Shown: positions 1-12,886 of the stretch, piece by piece
Layout of the letters: the number at the start of each line of letters is the position of its first letter
How positions within the stretch are numbered: position 1 is the stretch's first letter
Assembly (NCBI GenBank): GCA_003344405.1
Contig: NOWV01000150.1
Location: forward strand, 124,001 to 187,199
Origin: Trichoplax sp. H2
Lineage: Eukaryota
Length of the DNA stretch: 63,199 nucleotides
Direction: 5' to 3'
The notes under the pieces: generated by a model
Told to the model about the DNA's origin: nothing
Seen by the model: only the letters and a program-made list of their open reading frames with translations
Database searches by the model: none
Position numbers and translations under genes: made by a program

Positions 1-153
1 CGGGGAAATATGGACATTAATAATGGATCATCTGTAATGTTTGTTTACGAACAGTACCAGTTGACATCTTGTCGCTTCGCTGACGGAGATACTACATTTA
101 ACTTTCTATTTTTAATATAATAATTAATGCAGTAGTAATATAACGATTCCTAC

Positions 154-3100
154 CTGTAAAAACTGTAGCCATAGTGAATGATATTGAGCTGATGGTAGAC
201 CTAGAGTATATTAGGCAGGCATTGTGAAACTTTCTATTGTTATAATATTGCATGAAGGATAAATTTACCATCATGAGTGACGGAATAGAGGCACATAAGT
301 CTTAAAGCGGAGGTAATATCCTATAGAAAAGTTATAATATTTAATTTTCTGTATCACATTACACTGGATTATTTCTGTTACAGTAAACCAATCAGCAATA
401 AAATTCGTCATTAAACGAATATCTAATTTCTGTTGAAAAACATCAGAAACCTTATCTATGATACAAGTTTCAATAAAATCAAGGCACTCTTTTTCATTCG
501 TTCCAGCTAGCATATCTGTCATATCAATCAGAGTTATCATGAACACTACTGTTCAAAATATACTCAAAATATCGACTATAAATCAGTGGTAATTTAAAGT
601 AACTCTAGTGGGTCGATCATGCTACGTACAACTTTCTTGCGTTAGTAAGTATTCCAAATTTTCCTTCGTCTTTGTAGTCATTAAATTTTCACACAATGAT
701 AAATCTGGTGGGTTTTTTGTAGTAATGTAATGAATTAATTACAAAAATAAATTCAGTGGCCGCTTTCATAGGAAATCACTAAGTGATGCTTACGTCCAGT
801 TAAAGATTTATGTTGACTTTGCAAATCCTTAAATTCGTTTCGTACGAAATCTTTTAATCCACTTACACTTTTGTAATCATGGCGTTTCTATTGTGATGAA
901 AGAAATAAAGATTGTAGAATAATTATCAACATTACTATACGTATTTGATTGTATACAAACATCGTATCCTGATTGAATTTCTTTCGCTCGCTCTCGGATA
1001 ATTCCGAAGACTGTAGTAATATGACTATCCCTAATGTTAGCAAAAATCTGAAGAAGACACACATAATGATTATAGTAATGTATCTACTAAGATAGTACGA
1101 GTTAGGATTGCAACGCTTTAATTAAAGTATGTGGATGTACCTGGTCGCTGGAATTTAATAGCATTTTTATACTACCCTTTCCTACGTTACTGGACGGACC
1201 TAAGACAAGGTAACCTATAGAGTAGATCGATCAAATGCCGTAACAAAATATCAGTATCAATTAGCCACTACATATATTATCAGTACAATAACTGAGAATT
1301 TCAACAGTGTAACCAAACTGACCGTTTTCGATACCAAATGTATCGTCGATGATTCCTTGATACGTAACTTGAGTTAATAGAGGTGAAATATAATCCACGT
1401 CTGATGGGCAAAGTAAAGTTAAATACAATCAGTTGTGTACGAATGCCCTAAATAATTTGATCATTGCCTGTTTTCTATTCGTACGTCTATTCTGTACTTG
1501 CCTCGATCTATCATAATAAGAGTATCAAGTTTCGTAGCAGATACATCTGCCATTACGTTAGGATCTGAATCTACGTTTTTGGCTAGGACTTCAGCTAAGT
1601 TCCATATTTTCTGTAATAAATTTCGTCAGAGTGTGCACATTACGGTAAGTCGTCACAGTACTTTCATGATAAAAGCGCTCATCTCGATTTACCATTTAAC
1701 TGTAAAAATTATTTGTTACCTTGGAATAGTCTCCGATTGTGTAAACTCGATTAAATTCTCCAAACAACGATTGCGAGCTAACCAAAGATTGGGCTATACT
1801 TTTAATCCAGGATCGGTCACGATGCTATAAAAATTAGAGGGACAATGTAATCTGTACGATTGCAATTATATTACAAAGGTCGATAACCTTATCTCTAGCA
1901 TACTGTAAATTCATGATGGTCAAATCAAGAATTGTTTACTGTACTGTAATCTTACAGCAAAGTAGCTTGGGAATATAGCTGGTACTTCGAATGACAATAA
2001 ATCTTTATCCATAGGTATTAATTCCAAGTCTAATACTTCAATTGTAACATCTATAACGTAGCAATCAGTGTGATAGTTTGACTCCTAATGACGTTGGTTA
2101 ATAGGTAGATGGGTACAATCCAAATAGATTTGAAGATAATTTACCTCCATAAATTCCTTCCTGTTCTAGGTAAACTTCACAAGCATAGAACTATGGCAAA
2201 CATATAGTTATGATCAATTTCATACAGTTAAACGATGCATTTAATTATTTTCTCTACTGACAAATGAATATTGCATCAGGTTTTGTGTAAACACATGATT
2301 GATAGTACACAATAAACTTTGCCTAAAAAAAGCCTGCGGTGATTCAGATATTAAGGTATGCGATTGAATCAATCCCCGCTGGATCGGCACAGCATTTAGC
2401 TGTACGGTTAGCTAGCTATTCAAAGTTTTAATTTGATACCTTGCATGGAGTAAAAATGATTTTATATGATTTCCTAGTGCCATTTCTCTTGTCGCAGCTG
2501 ATTCTTTCTTAATATTTCAGAATAAATATCGTCAAGGCACCGGTTGTTATCGGCTAAAGATATGTTGAGGAGAATCTTGAATTATGAGTAGCAATATACC
2601 TGAGATCATCTTGAGGTTTGTAATGTTTGGACGAGTAACGTATATAAGGCTGTAAATTAAGAGGAAATCGTTAATATGATATTATTTATTTATAAGTCAT
2701 TAACAGTATGTTATATAAAATTTATATTAAAAATCCATCAGTAAAATCATACTAGATGCAAGTGTCATTGCAATGTTTGACTGCGTAGCAATTATTACTA
2801 ATTCCTGAGCATAAATTGACAATCTAGATGGCAGCGATTAATGCGGTATGTTAATCCTATACACTACTATTACCCACGATTTATTTTCTTATTATATCGT
2901 AGTAGATACAATAACTGCTAGTGCTTAGCAAATTTTTAAATTGGATTCTTTTATCTACAGTATCGTAATGATAAACAAATAAATGTAAATAAACTTACTT
3001 TTCCGTGACGATATTAATCATGGATGGTTCTAGCCGGTAGACTTTGTTAACACCATGGCGCTGATACGTCAATGCATAATATCAAAAACAATTTTGTAAG

Positions 3101-3890
3101 ATAATCTAGTAACTTTAAAGCGGGATGATCATGACAAGTATTTTTAATGGTGAAACAACTATTCATAAGCGTACGTGACTATCTATACTTCCGATAGATA
3201 TTACAGTATAACAAAATTTTATGCACTTGTATAGGTTGTGGGTGAGCAGTGATGTAAAAAGTACAAATTGATATACTAAGAGGGAAATACGCACATGAAA
3301 GTACAGCGTGGTAACATCAGCAGAATAGCATCTAATCGATATTAAGTAGTATAATAACAAAACTAGTGTAAACTAGCTTGCAAGTTTAGAAGCTATCGAG
3401 TTTGTGTCGATATTGTAATGTATTAAGCCAGGCTAAGCTATCCTTACCTTTAACGTTTGGAAATTCGCTACGAAATCAAATAAGCGGATAATTCTACTAT
3501 CTATGATGACATCTTTATCTCCGGATTCCTAATCACTCATGCAAATTAGATCTATTTAACTTTAAATTTAATTAAAGTACTGTTGTACCCTGTCAACAAC
3601 CAGATTATTATGAAAATAGAATTGAAATCATTCCAATGTAATCTGCTTATATCCTTGCAATTGATTCGATGCCTACAATGTATCCTCTTCTAATACTATG
3701 CTTAAGATATTAATGTACTGTAATATCAGTGATAAAATGATATGAAATGCTCATTAAATTCGTAAAATATCCAACACTTGACAAAAGACCCAACTTGAGA
3801 CTGATTCACTAAGATTAATACCGTTTCGAGCAAGGAGATGAGACGAGCTTCCGCTAGCTTTTTCAAGACGGATAAATCTGGTAAAGTCAT
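154..3890 (-). CDS. VPS33B: Vacuolar protein sorting 33B (Sec1/Munc18 family), multi-exon, 3' part runs off the window start
   Basis: Hand-spliced minus-strand exons give, in order: MTLPDLSVLKKLAEARLISLLET (3822-3890), ESGDKDVIIDSRIIRLFDFVANFQTLK, RHGVNKVYRLE, LIYVTRPNITNLKMIS, KSYKIIFTPCK, FYACEVYLEQEGIYG, DVTIEVLDLELIPMDKDLLSFEVPAIFPSYF, DRSWIKSIAQSL, DVDYISPLLTQVTYQGIIDDTFGIENG, IFANIRDSHITTVFGIIRERAKEIQSGYD, LKDFVRNEFKDLQSQHKSLTG, ALRLMCLYSVTHDG, GLPSAQYHSLWLQFLQ (154-200). These are collinear with remembered vertebrate VPS33B segments ([49 protein letters not shown]). ORFs 271-546 and 877-1062 are exon read-throughs. Confidence 0.9.
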
Positions 3891-4094
3891 TGCAGTACCG
3901 TCTATTTTGTCAGGACGTTCTCAGTAATGTAAAGAATGATGTTGTAAATGCTGTCAATGTTTTCTCAGTTGTATGGGGAGAAGAATAGCAAACTTTGCTG
4001 AATTTAGTTGTGATCTGAAATAAAATTGACTTCCATCTAAAGCATAATAAGAGTTTCAGCAGGAGCCGTTATTGAAAGGCTGCAGGTTGTGCAG

Positions 4095-4360
4095 GACTTC
4101 TGATAGGTACTGGTACTGTACGCTGAACACTGAGTGTACAGTACATTGAAAACTTTATCTTCATCTAACAGCTCGTCTGGTGTCTCGTCCGTCAGTGTCT
4201 GGCAGAGATTACAGTACAGTACTGTACACTTCTACAGTACTGTACTGTACGTAAACAGATTCTACAGTACTGTACTGTACTGTACTGTATACTGTGTACA
4301 GTACTGTACTGTACTGTACGCAATTAAAACATGCTTACAGTATAAGTACTGTACGCATTA
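4095..4360. repeat. (TACAG/CTGTA)n palindromic simple repeat upstream of VPS33B
   Basis: Dense runs of acagtactgt / tactgtactgtac about 200-470 bp upstream of the VPS33B ATG; this explains the YSTVLYCT ORF 4134-4415. Confidence 0.85.
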
Positions 4361-4729
4361 CACACCTTCTACTGAAATAAAAGTGTCACAATCAACTGTC
4401 TTAGTCAAAGGGTAATTTGTTTGAGGTATTTTCGAAAAGGCTTTTGCAAGAATAGTAGAGCAATAATTAATTGATTACTACAAGAATTTAGTCTAAAGTA
4501 TTCCGAGCTCAAAGCGAAGCAAAGTCTCTTCTCTCCCCTTGAGCTCATCTCTGCAGTTCTTAAATACATTTGGCTAAATCTACATTTAGGACAACTTCAA
4601 TTAATGTACAATCACACTTGAGTCATCAAACAGAATATTTTTATCTCAAAGAGAACATCATCTTCTACAATCGAAATCATTCTACTGAAGATATCACTAC
4701 TGTACTCTTCTACTAATGTCCAGCACCTT

Positions 4730-5000
4730 TCGGTGTTAGTACTACATTAAAGCTGAAAGTGAGTAAATACTGGTTGAGTAAAGTGTCTATTTTTTTCCAT
4801 TGCAAACGCAAGGTATATCGGAAGCTGTAAACATTTTCTACACTAGTTCACCAGTACAGTACGAAGTGGATAATACTGCTTTGCAACAACTCGATGAGCT
4901 GAAGCATTAATTTACTCCACTGTGCTGCGCGCAGACTGGACAGTGTACATGCCGCATAGGTCCTCAGTAATGCAATGAATGTGGAATCCACAATTGTGGA
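4730..5000 (-). pseudogene. Possible decayed PIF1-type (Helitron) helicase C-terminal remnant
   Basis: The minus strand reads LQLPIYLAFAM (4798-4830), then QPVFTHFQL (4750-4776). These resemble the PIF1/Helitron motifs QFPxxLAFAMT and PVFSHGQLYVALSR in the correct order, but with stops, frameshifts and a missing intervening segment. Confidence 0.4.
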
Positions 5001-5640
5001 TAGCTTCAGCAGTTTACACATAAATCAGTGTTAAATACGGAGATAAATAGGGGACGCTAATGAAGATATTAAAAGGGTAATGCATTTCTTGACCGATTTA
5101 TTCATATAATAATAAAATAGCACATGTTAATGTTACAGAAATATCAAAACAAACTAATGCTTATTTCTTTGTTTCTCAAAATACAAAAATCCTCTACTAA
5201 AATGTTGAATTTTAGCTTTACACATTAATGAATGGTTGCTTTATGTTGGGATGTTAACCTTTAATGTTTTGTCCGCTATGCTTGGTAATGAATTAACTAT
5301 GAGAAAATACATCTATGCTCAATTACTATTTTAGAATTATGTATGACATTTGTTTTATCAGTAAAAGCATAGTAAAAGTAACTCTTCAGAAATACATAAG
5401 AAAATTAAGTATACGTATGCTCTCAAACTACGATTGTAAATCAATTGATAGTAAATTGATTAGTATATAATGACGTGGAAAGATCCTACTCTTTCTTGAA
5501 GGATAGATAGGTATAGAATAGCTTAAAATTTACATTTACTTTGAAAACTAGCTTTAAGATCGTTTGAACTTGTTTGGCACCATGAAGGTAATAGAAAAAA
5601 CGGATATTGCATTATTATTATTATTGCCAAGAAAAAGTTA

Positions 5641-8600
5641 TTATTCAAGAAGTTGGCTATCAGCTCGATCTTTTTTTCTACGACGGCGGCCAAAACAGCA
5701 CACAAGAATTATGATAATGAGAACGACTGCTCCGACCGATCCTATCGATGCACTTACAATAGCAGTTAAGGCTACTTTACTTATTTTCTTGGCACATATA
5801 TCACCTATAAATCCTTCAACACAAATGCATTGACGAGCGCTCAATTCTTGTATGCATGTACCTCCGTTAAGGCAATAATCATTGGTGCATGCAAAGTAGC
5901 ATCCTTTATAAGGATCGCCGTGATAACCTACTGGACAGTAACAACTATAGGATCCTTTAGTATTAGTGCATGTTGCATTACCACCGCAGGGTACTTTAGT
6001 GATACATTCGTTAATATCGATACAATTTGAACCTGTGTAGCCTGCTAGACATTTACACGAGTATGAGCCATGCAAATTAACACATGTCTGATTTGAGGCG
6101 CACAAGTTATCATCACGACTTGCACATTCATTGTAATCTCGAATATTTACTTCTTCAATCTCTTTTCTATCAATTGTTGTATTACTACCGGAGATCGATT
6201 TGGTTAACTGGCCTAAGTCAATATTTTTTCCATTATGATCGAATACGACTGAAAATTCGACAACAATTCGAGTATTGGTATTTCCTGAGGTAAAGCTTGT
6301 AATTGTAACACGCTTAAAGCTCATTTTTGTCATGCTAAGTGAGTTAAATTTGTCTTCTAGTGCTTTTATAACTAATGCCGATAACGTTAGATGCTCGTTA
6401 CTATTAAGAATCGCAAGTCCTGGTTTAAATTGATCAATAATCTTGAATGTTCCCAGAAAGACTTGACCAGGTTGACAATGTGAATCAGATTTGTATTGAT
6501 CTACTGCCAACTGATCATTGCTGCTATAGTAACCTAACCTGCAAATACAGTAGTAACCAGTGTCAGTGGATGCGCACGTTGCTTTTTTGCCACAGCTGCG
6601 ATTTTGACTGCAGTATGTGCTTTTTGTGCATTTATTTCCATTTCCATAATAACCCAATCGACAACGACAGGTATATGATCCACGTGTATTTTGGCAATCT
6701 GCATTAGTATCGCATTTGTTTTGATTATTTAAGCATTCGTTAATGTCTGTGCAGGAAGTTGTTCCATCACCAGAAAATCCAGTTTGACATTTGCATTGAT
6801 AAGATCCGTTGTTATTGATACATGCCCCGTCCATTGCGCAATGAAATAGATTGGAGTTGCATTCATCAATATCGAAGCAATTAAAACCGCTGCCAGTGTA
6901 GCCTGTTTTACACTTGCAAGTATACGATCCATCATTATTAGTACATGTAGCTTGTGCTGAACAATTATGCTTATTCAATGAACATTCGTCAATATCTTGA
7001 CATGTCAGACCATCACCTTTATATCCTGCTTTACATTGACAACTATATGATCCTTTAGTATTATAGCAATTAGCGTGAGCTGAGCAATTGTGTTTATGTT
7101 GAGTGGATGTACTCGTACATTCGTTAACGTCATTGCATGTTATGCCGTATCCTTGATAACCGGTTTTACAGATACATTGATAAGATCCATCTATGTTAAT
7201 GCAGTTTGCATTTATATTGCACAAGTTATCTGCTGTACATTCGTTAATATCTCGACATGTTCGACCATCTTGGCTTAATTTAAAACCAGATCTACATGAA
7301 CACGATTGCAATCCGTTTATCATGGTGCAAGTATGTGTACAGTTATTGACACTAGCGCACTGACTAAGCGGGGTGCATGTAAGACCGTCATCGCTCAATT
7401 TAAAACCTTGGCCACATTGACAACGATAGGAACCTTGCGTATTAACACATTTTTGATCGCATTGATTAGCTTGTGGCCGCAAGCATTCATTTATATCAAC
7501 ACAAGTGTGGTAATGACTGCTGATTTCATAGCCTGGATAACACGAGCATTTATAACTGCCTGGAGTATTCTGGCATATTTGATTACATTGGCCGTTATTT
7601 ATTTTACATTCGTTGATTTCAGTACAATTTCTTCCGTCACCTAGGTAGCCAGACTTACAAATGCAATCATATGAACCTGGTTGATTAATACAGATAGCAT
7701 CATCACTGCAATTATGAGATCCTATAACACATTCATCAATATCCAGACATCCTCTATTGTCGCTCTCTAACATGTATCCAGATTGACATTCACAAGTATA
7801 AGTTCCTTCTTCATTTATACATGTTTGATTACATTGATGTGTACCATATTCACATTCATCGTAGTCATGACACTTTAAACCATCGCCAGTATATCCTGAA
7901 GGGCAATCACCACATTGATAGCCAGATAATGGGACAATATTATCTATACAAGTAACATTGTCAAAGCAAGGTTGATCAGAGCAAGCATCATAATCTTGTG
8001 TACAATTATCTCCAGTCCATGCTGAATCACATACACACTCGACGACGTCGATGTTATTAATACGTGCCGTCTCTACTGTATAATCGCAAGTTCCGTTATT
8101 TGGGCAGTAGCATAGGATAATTTGTGGTGTAAATTCACTTCTTGCACCTTTTGAGTCTGTAGCTACGAACTTGAATGAAATATTTTGGTAATTCGAAACA
8201 TTCCATGTGAATGTATAAGCAACTGTATCGAAGTAGGAGTTGTCAGGAGCATCGATAATTTGAACTGTAAGTATATCATCTTGATTCTTATCAGTTACGT
8301 TAAATTGAGTATGAAATATTTGCCCATACGTAACGTTAAACGTTGTCAATCCAGAAATATCAGGTGGAAAGTTCTCTAATAGTTGGCTTGTTTCTTTATA
8401 GATTTCCGATGTATCTTTACTCCTAACAGCAGCTTCAAGATTCATAGTTAGGCCAGCATCAAATAGACAGTCACTATTATTTTTGCACCGCATAACCGAT
8501 AGATCATAGAAATCCATCTTATCCGTAAATAACTCTGTGATATTATCAACTAACACCGGTATAAAGCTTAAATTTCTATAATTTTTAGCAGTTTTCCCAC

Positions 8601-11600
8601 TTGGATAAGTAAATAAAGAGTCACTAGCGTTAATCATCCACAACTGGCCAAAGTCATAGAATATCTGCGAACTATTCGATTTAATATCCAAGAAAGACCC
8701 ATCTGGTCGTTTAAAATCATCAATAGTATTGTCATTCCATGTGCCTAATAGCCCTGAAGTCTTACCTTTAATTTCATCCGGTGCATTGAAGGCAATCGTC
8801 AGCATTTGTGTCAACAATGTTACCTCTAGAGATATTCCAGACGAAAAGATGGCAGCAACAGATATCGTCGAAGTCTTTGCTAAATCAACATTATTAAATT
8901 CACGCGTCTCATTATTTGACATACTATGCATGCTGAAGGATCTAGTTCTATTAACTAAAATATTGATTCCATTAAGCGTTGAATTAAGAGTAAATTGCAC
9001 AGTATCAGCACCAGCTGAAATAGTAGCGAATCCAGATAATACCGTAGCAGGTGCTGAGACGTTACCGTTGTTTAAAGCTTGCATAGTGCGTCCTTGCAGG
9101 ATAAAAGAGCGATCATCAGTTTGCAATAAAACGTATTCTCCAAGCCCATTAAAGGTATATTGATTGCCATCTAATGTTCTAATATGTGGATCTCCCCAGA
9201 ACCAGGCTCTTCTCGGTGGTCGATATCCTGAACAACGATTAATTGGCCTCTTAATGGCGTAGAGATTACACATACTTGATCGGACGCAGCAGTCTCTGTA
9301 CGCAATTTTGTTAGCATTTTGCAATACATGATCTCGGAAAATGAATGAACTTCCGTATGGATAAGTAGTTAATAGTGAACCTAAAGAATTTTGTCGTGTT
9401 GAATAACAACATTGTTGATAGATACGTTCGCCGTTACTTGCTCTTGTTGGAAAAGTTGATCTTGCGCAAAATGTATCAAAATTAAATCGGAATCGCCTAT
9501 CACGAATAGCCTGCATGCTAGAGCAAGGGCAATGTCGATTCCTTAACGCTCTAAGATAAATTATTGGATCTGCTTCATTAGCGTACCAATTTTGACATCG
9601 ATCAGCATAGTTAATTCGGTCGCTTGCTGGATCATCTACGCGAAACATCCATCGTCCTTTCTTACCATAGTTACCCACGATACTGTCAATTTTTAACAGT
9701 TCTTTCGTGTTGGAATTTGGTAGTTCATAAGCATATTTTGTAACTGATGCCACTTGGCTAGCGAAACCAGCTCGTGGGCGAATATGACCAAAACGTTGCC
9801 ACCAGTTCATGCCTTTATCATCGTAAATAAAGGAAGCGAATAAATTGACACCATTAGAAATCAAAACTAATTGAAACGTATTAGTGACGTCATATTTAGC
9901 AGTAGTTTTAGAAGGGAAAGGGATAACTTTGTGCCAAGTAATGATTGTAACTAATGATGCATGGAAATTAGAGACGGTGCGATTAAATAGCCCATAGAGA
10001 TTAGATGTATTTGGATTGTTATTAACGTAGTTTTGAAAAGCACTGACATCATTGGTTGCATTTCGTAATATGGCTGTGGTCAAACTAGAAGGACTAAGAG
10101 ATGAATATTGATTAATATATATTCTAGCAGTACTAGATTGACGAGCATCAGCATCTGCATAGAATGGCGCTATAAGAGGTGGATATTTCTCCGAGGTGAA
10201 TGGTCGATTTGGCCTGCCGCTGTACCTCTTAACAAAGGAGATAAATCCGTTCATGGAGACCTAATGGTGTAATTTCATCATAATAGCCTTTAAATTCAGC
10301 TAAAGTCAACTATTTGATAGTTTCTACTCGAAAATTTTACAAATAGCCGAAGAAACACTTACGTAAACTTTCCTGTAAAATGCATTGGTAAATTGAATCG
10401 GTGATCGCAAGTAAATACGATATTGTCGGTCATCTACTCTACCAACAGAAATATCGCCATACTGCGGTCCATAGGGATAAAGTCTTAACTCTAGATACGG
10501 ATCAAATTTTTACGGTAATCTATTAATAGTTCTACTAGAAAATTATCCTTTTTTGCAGCAACAACTGCTTGTTATCGATCAAACTGACAATGGTTTAAAG
10601 TTAAGATAGAAAAATAAAGAATTGCTTAAATTGAAACGATTACTGACAAATATTCATAACTACCTTTACATGAGAGTCCATTTCCGATGTATCCTGGCTT
10701 GCAAGTGCATGAATAGGAAACATTATTACTGTTGATATGGCATACAGCATTTCTGTCGCATCGATAGCATGGTAGTTTCGTTTCATCAGGTTTGTCATCT
10801 GAACCTGCATATTTGATTCATTGATTACATTTGTTAGTATAGTATAAGGTATCGGAACTACTGTAATGGGTACGTTAGCTTAGTTTACTTGCACTTCATA
10901 TAAACAAATTTTTATTTGTAACCGCTGATAGTGGTACACATTTCAGATGGTCTTACTTGCTCATGACTCATCTTGGCATCATCATACTATACTTTTATGA
11001 ATATTGAAACTGAACTTCTTAAAAGTAATAGAATATCAAATCGCTATTCATTTTAGATAAAATATACTCGTATATTGTAGAGAGATAGCAAAGTTAAACA
11101 CTTTTACATATCATTAGCATTTATGAAGGCATCATGATGTAAATTAAGTGTGCTGATCAAACTTTAGTGAGTTAATCATAGATAGCATGATTAAATAGAT
11201 TAGATTACAGAATTGATCATTTTAGTTTTAGAAGCAATATGAAAAGATGCAACTATAGCACATGTTGTAATGCATTAATTTTGTTTTAACGAATGTTCCT
11301 TATCGCACCTTCTCTAGTTTCACACTGATGTCCTTTCCATCCAGAATTGCATTCACAAGTATATCCAGAATTGAGTCTACTGATGCATAAGCCATTGATA
11401 CAAGGGATAGATGAGCAGCTATCAACTAGGTGTTGCAAAAGAATCGGTTTGTGAATATATCGAGAGCCAATCATATATTATTTTGTTTTGAAAAATAAAA
11501 TGAAATTATATAGAATTAATTTGCCGATTTAGAATTCAATGCACTCACCAGCGCATTGAACTCCAGCATAATTGTTAGAATAGCTGTCGCAATTTCCGAT

Positions 11601-12886
11601 ACTTCCCCAGTTTAAATTGGAACAGCGAGAAAGTGAGCATTCATTGCCTCGACATCCGATATTTTTTAACCAAAGTGGAGTAATCTCTGTTGTGGTAAAG
11701 TTAGAACAACAATATATTTTGACGGCTAAATCGAATCCTAATTGACGACAAACGACCCTTGCGCTTTGAAAATTCCAGTCATAGCCGCAAATTCCTCCCC
11801 ATCTACCATTGTAGTATACTTGTACGTTTCCATTAGTCGAATTGCGTCCATCAACTAATCGAACATCTCCATTATTCACTAGGCCTACAATGTTAAAGCA
11901 GATATCTGTAACTTTTTGTATGTTGTGGCAAATCGAATCGTTAGTAACTATATAAGTTTTATCTATCCCAGATTATGACGGTTTTTGATATGAAAGAAAA
12001 TCTACCTAATGAGCAGTGTGATCCAAAATAGCCCTGAGAACATCTACAAGAATAAGCTCCTATACCATTAATACATGTAGCATTATTTGGGCATGGATTT
12101 GAATCACATTCTTGACCAGCTAAAATTGAAATAAAAAACAATATTTTATGCTGTATTGCAGGGATTTTAATCAAATTTTAACTTAAATTATCCTCACCCG
12201 CCATGGTATAAAGAGTGCTGAATATTAGTATCGAAAATTTTTTTAAACTTAACCGATATGACCTTAATCAGATAGACTAGTGCCTGCTATATCTGAAGAT
12301 TTTAACAGACGAAAATTTACTCACTATTTCAGATTAATAAGTAAGAACAGCCAATCATTTACTTCTGTTATTAATACGCTAATAAAATTATTTTAAATAG
12401 GATGGATGAACTTTTAGCGATATGCTTCCCTTCACGATAGGTAAATCTGCTTAGATTAGTGGGTGTAAGTTTTTTATTATTGAAGTCTTTTATCGTAGAA
12501 TGGAATGTATAAAACTAATGATCTAAGTTACAATAAAATTTAGATGAAATATGATTTACGATGAATTTAGGCCTTTACAATATTAATAAGTTTTAGTTTA
12601 CTAGTTATCACTATCAAAGATTTTATAAGAAGAGTAGTTCCTTTAGATATGTATCATAATAAATACTAGAAGTAATAATGTACATACCGAGCGTCTGCCT
12701 TAACAGCTGGAAATATATGACGATCTATGACGAAGGTAGAAATATAGTTTAAAAAGTGATGATGAATCTATTTAATTATCTTTTAATACGTCATGCTCAG
12801 TAAAATAACATGACGTTAATTGGTGATAAATTTATTTATTAGTTACTCACGCTAATGCTAGCTATGATTTTATTTCGTTTAATAAT
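5641..12886 (-). CDS. Paralogue A: EGF-SRCR-EGF-EGF-NIDO-AMOP-vWD-EGF(13)-SEA-EGF(3)-TM, MUC4/SUSD2-like type-I membrane protein
   Basis: GT-AG exons: putative signal exons 12851-12886 and 12688-12724 ([24 protein letters not shown]; start codon not securely located), EGF 12006-12119, SRCR 11549-11884, EGF 11309-11425, EGF 10664-10804, NIDO start 10363-10490, giant exon 5641-10260 (1537-aa ORF). Motifs: NTFQLVL (NIDO), CPCS...QQCCY (AMOP), WGDPHIRT (vWD), DINEC cbEGF repeats, [24 protein letters not shown], short basic tail. Confidence 0.88.

Noticed and set aside
1498-1830. 110-aa plus-strand ORF
   Set aside because: Antisense to two VPS33B exons and an intron; no recognisable domain.
4134-4415. 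YSTVLYCT-rich ORFs (also 16716-16910)
   Set aside because: Translations of the TACAG/CTGTA simple repeat.
154-5641. Functional link between VPS33B and the receptor cluster
   Set aside because: Adjacency alone does not imply co-function in an animal genome; there is no supporting sequence evidence.
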